64,000 bases of DNA from Spirochaetia bacterium (GTDB lineage Bacteria; Spirochaetota; Spirochaetia; UBA9216), in contig OZ223265.1 of NCBI GenBank assembly GCA_965140585.1, positions 32,001 through 96,000 on the forward strand, in the 5' to 3' direction. Of the stretch, positions 60,394 to 64,000 are shown piece by piece. Under the pieces are notes generated by a model that was not told the origin of the DNA, made no database searches, and saw only the letters and a program-made list of their open reading frames with translations. A program made the translations under genes and the position numbers. How positions within the stretch are numbered: the first letter of the stretch is position 1; each line of letters starts with the position of its first letter.

Positions 60394-61506
60394 ATGCCGC
60401 AGGAAATAATGACATCAAAAGAAGGCTCCTTTGCAAGGTTTACAGTTCTCAACAGATTCCCCGATATTCTTAATGATCTGATAGCAGGAAATAAATTTCC
60501 AACCGGAATAGAAAAAGGACTTAGAGCGCTGTTAAACTCAATTCCTGAAAATAATTTAACCCCGCTTAGTGATGAATATCCCTTTGCTTCTGATATAAAC
60601 CGGGTTATCGAGAATAATCCCCAGTACACCTGGCTTAATGCTCCTTTCCTGTTCATTGAAAACTATCTGTATCACAGAATTTGTGATGTCTGTGACTACT
60701 ATTCAAACGGTTTTGATTTTTTCAAATACAAAAAAGAAGCTGAAATAATAAAAGGCATGAATAAATTCTCCGGCAGTCTCAAAAAGCTGAACTCCATTAC
60801 CTCCTTTTCTGAAATATCCCTGCTCAATCTGATGGGAAATAAATCAGATCTAAGCCAAAGCTCCTCATACTACTCCGAAGGATCTGCGTTTGAACTGCTC
60901 ATAGATCACCGTGAGAAAGCAGATGTAAAAGTCCGCAATTGCAGCAGAATAGATTTCATACTGGATAATTCAGGTGATGAGCTGTTCTTTGACTTACTAA
61001 TGGCTTACTGGCTGCTAAAAAATACCGGTGTTCAGAAGATTAAGCTTCATTTCAAACAAATCCCCTATTTCGTCTCTGACGCATTAATCACAGATTATCG
61101 TTTTTTACTTGGCAGTCTGTCCCATAACAGAGAGTTACAATGGTTCACTGATGATATGAATAATTTTGAATCTGATGGAAAGATGGAACTCCTTGCCGAA
61201 CCTTTTTTTTCAAGCGGAAAACTTTTTTCTTATATGCCCGAAGAGCTGAAGACGGAATTGTGCTCATCAGATCTGCTGATTTTCAAAGGCGATTTAAACT
61301 ACAGAAGACTAATAGATGACTGCTATCGGCCATATGAAACTGAAACTTCTTCACTGCTTAAATACTTTACAACAGATATTTTAATAAACCGGATACTTAA
61401 ATCTGAAATAATTGCAGGACTGACATCTGCAAAAATCCCCGCCAGAGACAGAACCGACTGGATGTTCAGCGGAGAATATGGACAGATTGAGTTGATTGAA
61501 GCTTAA
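60394..61506 (+). CDS. ARMT1/DUF89-like damage-control phosphatase
   Basis: ENYLY, GNKSDLS, ILDNSG.EL..D, PYFVSD, KGDLNYRRL. Confidence 0.85.
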   Translation: MPQEIMTSKEGSFARFTVLNRFPDILNDLIAGNKFPTGIEKGLRALLNSIPENNLTPLSDEYPFASDINRVIENNPQYTWLNAPFLFIENYLYHRICDVCDYYSNGFDFFKYKKEAEIIKGMNKFSGSLKKLNSITSFSEISLLNLMGNKSDLSQSSSYYSEGSAFELLIDHREKADVKVRNCSRIDFILDNSGDELFFDLLMAYWLLKNTGVQKIKLHFKQIPYFVSDALITDYRFLLGSLSHNRELQWFTDDMNNFESDGKMELLAEPFFSSGKLFSYMPEELKTELCSSDLLIFKGDLNYRRLIDDCYRPYETETSSLLKYFTTDILINRILKSEIIAGLTSAKIPARDRTDWMFSGEYGQIELIEA

Positions 61507-61597
61507 TCTGCTGAGTTTTCATCACTGCTCGAAAAAAGGGTAAGTTCAGATGATGCATTATTTCACGCAGCAACAGCACTCGGGCATATTTCTCATT

Positions 61598-61637
61598 GCT
61601 CATCAGCTCATCAGCTCATCAGCTCATCAGCTCATCA
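61598..61637. repeat. Tandem octamer (GCTCATCA)x5
   Basis: Five perfect copies read directly from the sequence. Confidence 0.95.
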
Positions 61638-62077
61638 CCGTAAACCGGCAGCCGGCTAATTGTAATAAAAGCGTATTTCGTAAATATTTCCTCGATTTCT
61701 TCTCTTGAAACTCTATTATTCTCTAGCTGAAAAGGATTCAACAGATCTGCAGCATATTTTTTATCCATATACAAGGCATCATCTGTGTTTACCAATTCAT
61801 TATTACTCATAAGTTCATCTTCAATAAAATTTATTGCATATTCGATCACTGATTCGCTTGGCACATTCTTCTGAAAAAAATTATCTGTTATATTCTGATA
61901 ACCAAAACCAAGTTCAATTATTCTATACATGCCATTGCTGCTTACACAATTAAATACAGTTTTCTGAGTAGCCATTTCCAGAATTCGAAATGACTCAGGT
62001 ATACCGATTCGACATATGATTTCATCTAAATCCATAATGATATCCTCTGTATAAGAGTATAATACATTCTTTTTCAA
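61619..62077 (-). pseudogene. Hypothetical protein truncated by repeat-encoded TGA stops
   Basis: The same frame resumes after the repeat as NEKYARVLLLREIMHHL. Confidence 0.65.
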
Positions 62078-62167
62078 TTCTATATGCCTTTAGTTTATTG
62101 TAATTATTATTAAAAGCATATAAAATGTGTTTTGCGCTGTTTTAAGCAGCTTTTTTTGGAGTAAAAG

Positions 62168-62719
62168 ATGAATAGAGGCAAGAAAATAGTTGTTATCGCA
62201 CATTGTTATTTAAATCAAAATGCCAGGGTCAAGCCGTATGCAGGTCATAAGGGTGCATTTAAGGCTCTGCTTGAACCATTAATCAGCAATGACTTTGGTA
62301 TCATTCAGCTCCCCTGCCCTGAAACAACAGGATGCGGCTTAAACCGCTGGGAAGCCGTAACAGAGCAGTATGATAATCCCAGTTTCAGACGGCACTGCAG
62401 AAGCATCCTGCAGCCCTATGTTGATCAGCTGCTCGAACACCAGAAAGTCGGCGATAAGATTTATGCAGTAATAGGAGTACCTTTCAGCCCCTGCTGCGGT
62501 ACGCAGTTCAATCCTTCAAATCCGTACTGGGGCGGTCCCGTCCTTGAAGAAAAAGCTCCACCGCTTGAGATTGTTCCCGGTCCTGCAGTTTTTATGCAGG
62601 AATTGATGAAAATGGCAGAAGAGGCAGGTGTAAAACTTGATTATATGGATATTTCAGAATCTGCGGACATGTTTCCGGAACTTCAGCCGGAGATTGTTTT
62701 AGGTAAAATCCTGAATTAA
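62168..62719 (+). CDS. TudS/DUF523-related putative Fe-S desulfidase
   Basis: HCYLNQN, IIQLPCPE, SPCCG. Confidence 0.75.
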   Translation: MNRGKKIVVIAHCYLNQNARVKPYAGHKGAFKALLEPLISNDFGIIQLPCPETTGCGLNRWEAVTEQYDNPSFRRHCRSILQPYVDQLLEHQKVGDKIYAVIGVPFSPCCGTQFNPSNPYWGGPVLEEKAPPLEIVPGPAVFMQELMKMAEEAGVKLDYMDISESADMFPELQPEIVLGKILN

Positions 62720-62723
62720 TAAT

Positions 62724-64000
62724 TTATTCAAAATACTGTCCAGATTTGTACAGCCACTCCTCAGAAATATTATCTCCTTCAAGGTCAATAATATACTTCC
62801 TTTCTGAGTCAGTTAATTCATCCAACCGCTCACTGCAGATCTTTCCGTTATTTACCTTGATATACCTCTCTTCATACAAGTAGTCACATCCGAATTTGCA
62901 TAATGGCCAAACTATTCTCGGATCGATTCTTTCATTTTCATTACACACTGATCTTTTTTTCTTGTGAGCAGTTACAAGAGATTTAGTTTTAAATTTTTTC
63001 CCGCAGATGGCACACTCCAATTCATTCGCGTCCTTAAAAAGATAGTCCTGCAGTATTCTCTGCTCAGCGCGCCTGAAAGAATTTATTTCTTTGTCGGTAT
63101 TATTGAAGTGCTTAATCAATTTATTGCGATAAAGTATATACTTATCTTCAACCAGCGTGTCTTCTGTCTCAAATTCTGAAACAAATATTAACCGATAATT
63201 CTTCCGTCCGGCTGATTTATCGACAAAAATAAACGGAGAATGATAGCAGTTTTTAACTGCATTTGCATCAGAGTAGTTATTGAGTAGAAACATTTGCTTC
63301 AAATCATTATAGACTGCTTCAGAAATATTTCTGTCTTTAAAGTAGCTGATTATTATATTGTCGGATTCAGACAAAGTCGGTATTTCAAGGTTCTCTTTAA
63401 AATAAAGAATCTCTCCCTTAACATCAGTATAAACCGAGCTTTCCAGATACTTCCTGATTACTCTTACGGACGGGTATTCGTATTTTGAAGTTCTGGCAGT
63501 AACAATCTCATGCAGTATGTCAGCAAGCTTATCAATATTACAGTTGGAAATTTGTGATTTGATTTTTCCTATGCTATTAATAAAAACATTGTCCCTGTTC
63601 TCAAAGGTGTACCACAAACTCAGTCCGTCAGAATATGTATACGAACCTCTGTACTGCATTATAATATATTTAATCATTTCATAAGGCATGCCGTTTTTCG
63701 GATCAAATATTTCTGAAAGAGTTATCAAGCCTGAATGTCCGGGTAGTGTGAAAACCTGCTTCAGGATTTTTTTAAAATGGTTTATTTTATCCTTTTTAAT
63801 AAGAAGAAAATCATCAAGACTGTAAAAATCTTTTCTATCAGCCTTCTTCATTTCAAAATTAAAAATTTCATATGGATAGTTAATATCAAAATATGTTACA
63901 AAATTATTAAATCCGTAGGCATTCATATCGCTGATATCAAAACCTTCATTTAATAAAATATCCTTGATATCTTTAAAAGTATAAATATCACGCTCTGTGA
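62724..64000 (-). CDS. Large protein with C-terminal HNH nuclease (5' end outside window)
   Basis: RRAEQ..L...CAICG...LVTAHKKKRS...PLCKFGCD. The frame stays open from ATG 63926 to the window edge. Confidence 0.75.
   Translation of the reverse strand, partial: TERDIYTFKDIKDILLNEGFDISDMNAYGFNNFVTYFDINYPYEIFNFEMKKADRKDFYSLDDFLLIKKDKINHFKKILKQVFTLPGHSGLITLSEIFDPKNGMPYEMIKYIIMQYRGSYTYSDGLSLWYTFENRDNVFINSIGKIKSQISNCNIDKLADILHEIVTARTSKYEYPSVRVIRKYLESSVYTDVKGEILYFKENLEIPTLSESDNIIISYFKDRNISEAVYNDLKQMFLLNNYSDANAVKNCYHSPFIFVDKSAGRKNYRLIFVSEFETEDTLVEDKYILYRNKLIKHFNNTDKEINSFRRAEQRILQDYLFKDANELECAICGKKFKTKSLVTAHKKKRSVCNENERIDPRIVWPLCKFGCDYLYEERYIKVNNGKICSERLDELTDSERKYIIDLEGDNISEEWLYKSGQYFE

Overview
Bacterial chromosomal window. 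An anaerobic spirochaete host is my inference from the gene style, not something proven here. The left ~27.4 kb is the right-hand part of an integrated element. It ends at a 3' half-copy of tRNA-Phe(GAA) at 27352-27395, a typical att duplication. Inside it are: (i) a minus-strand integron-type cassette array with three attC-like repeats and no integrase in view; (ii) a temperate-phage early/replication module with a CI/Cro-like switch, a ~470-nt structured non-coding region containing tRNA-mimics, Bet recombinase, two orphan DNA methyltransferases, ParB, a replication initiator with an internal iteron origin, a Mor-like activator, an HNH gene and a cos-like site; (iii) AT-rich signalling cargo (GGDEF-EAL, HD-GYP, GAF-kinase/REC, hemerythrin, CBS), part of it where head/tail genes would normally be. 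Three genes just outside the att site (NUDIX, LysE, REC) each have a diverged paralogue inside the element. The right ~36 kb looks like host chromosome: HD-GYP, RNHCP-rsgA with a leader-peptide attenuator, an ABC transporter with a riboswitch-like leader, a yybP-ykoY riboswitch with a Ca/Na antiporter, an MCP, decayed LysR and flavin oxidoreductase genes, an AOR/MFS/GntR/corrinoid catabolic locus, MarR-MATE, a gene truncated by an 8-bp repeat, and an HNH protein running off the right edge. All calls are by eye from motifs; no searches were run.
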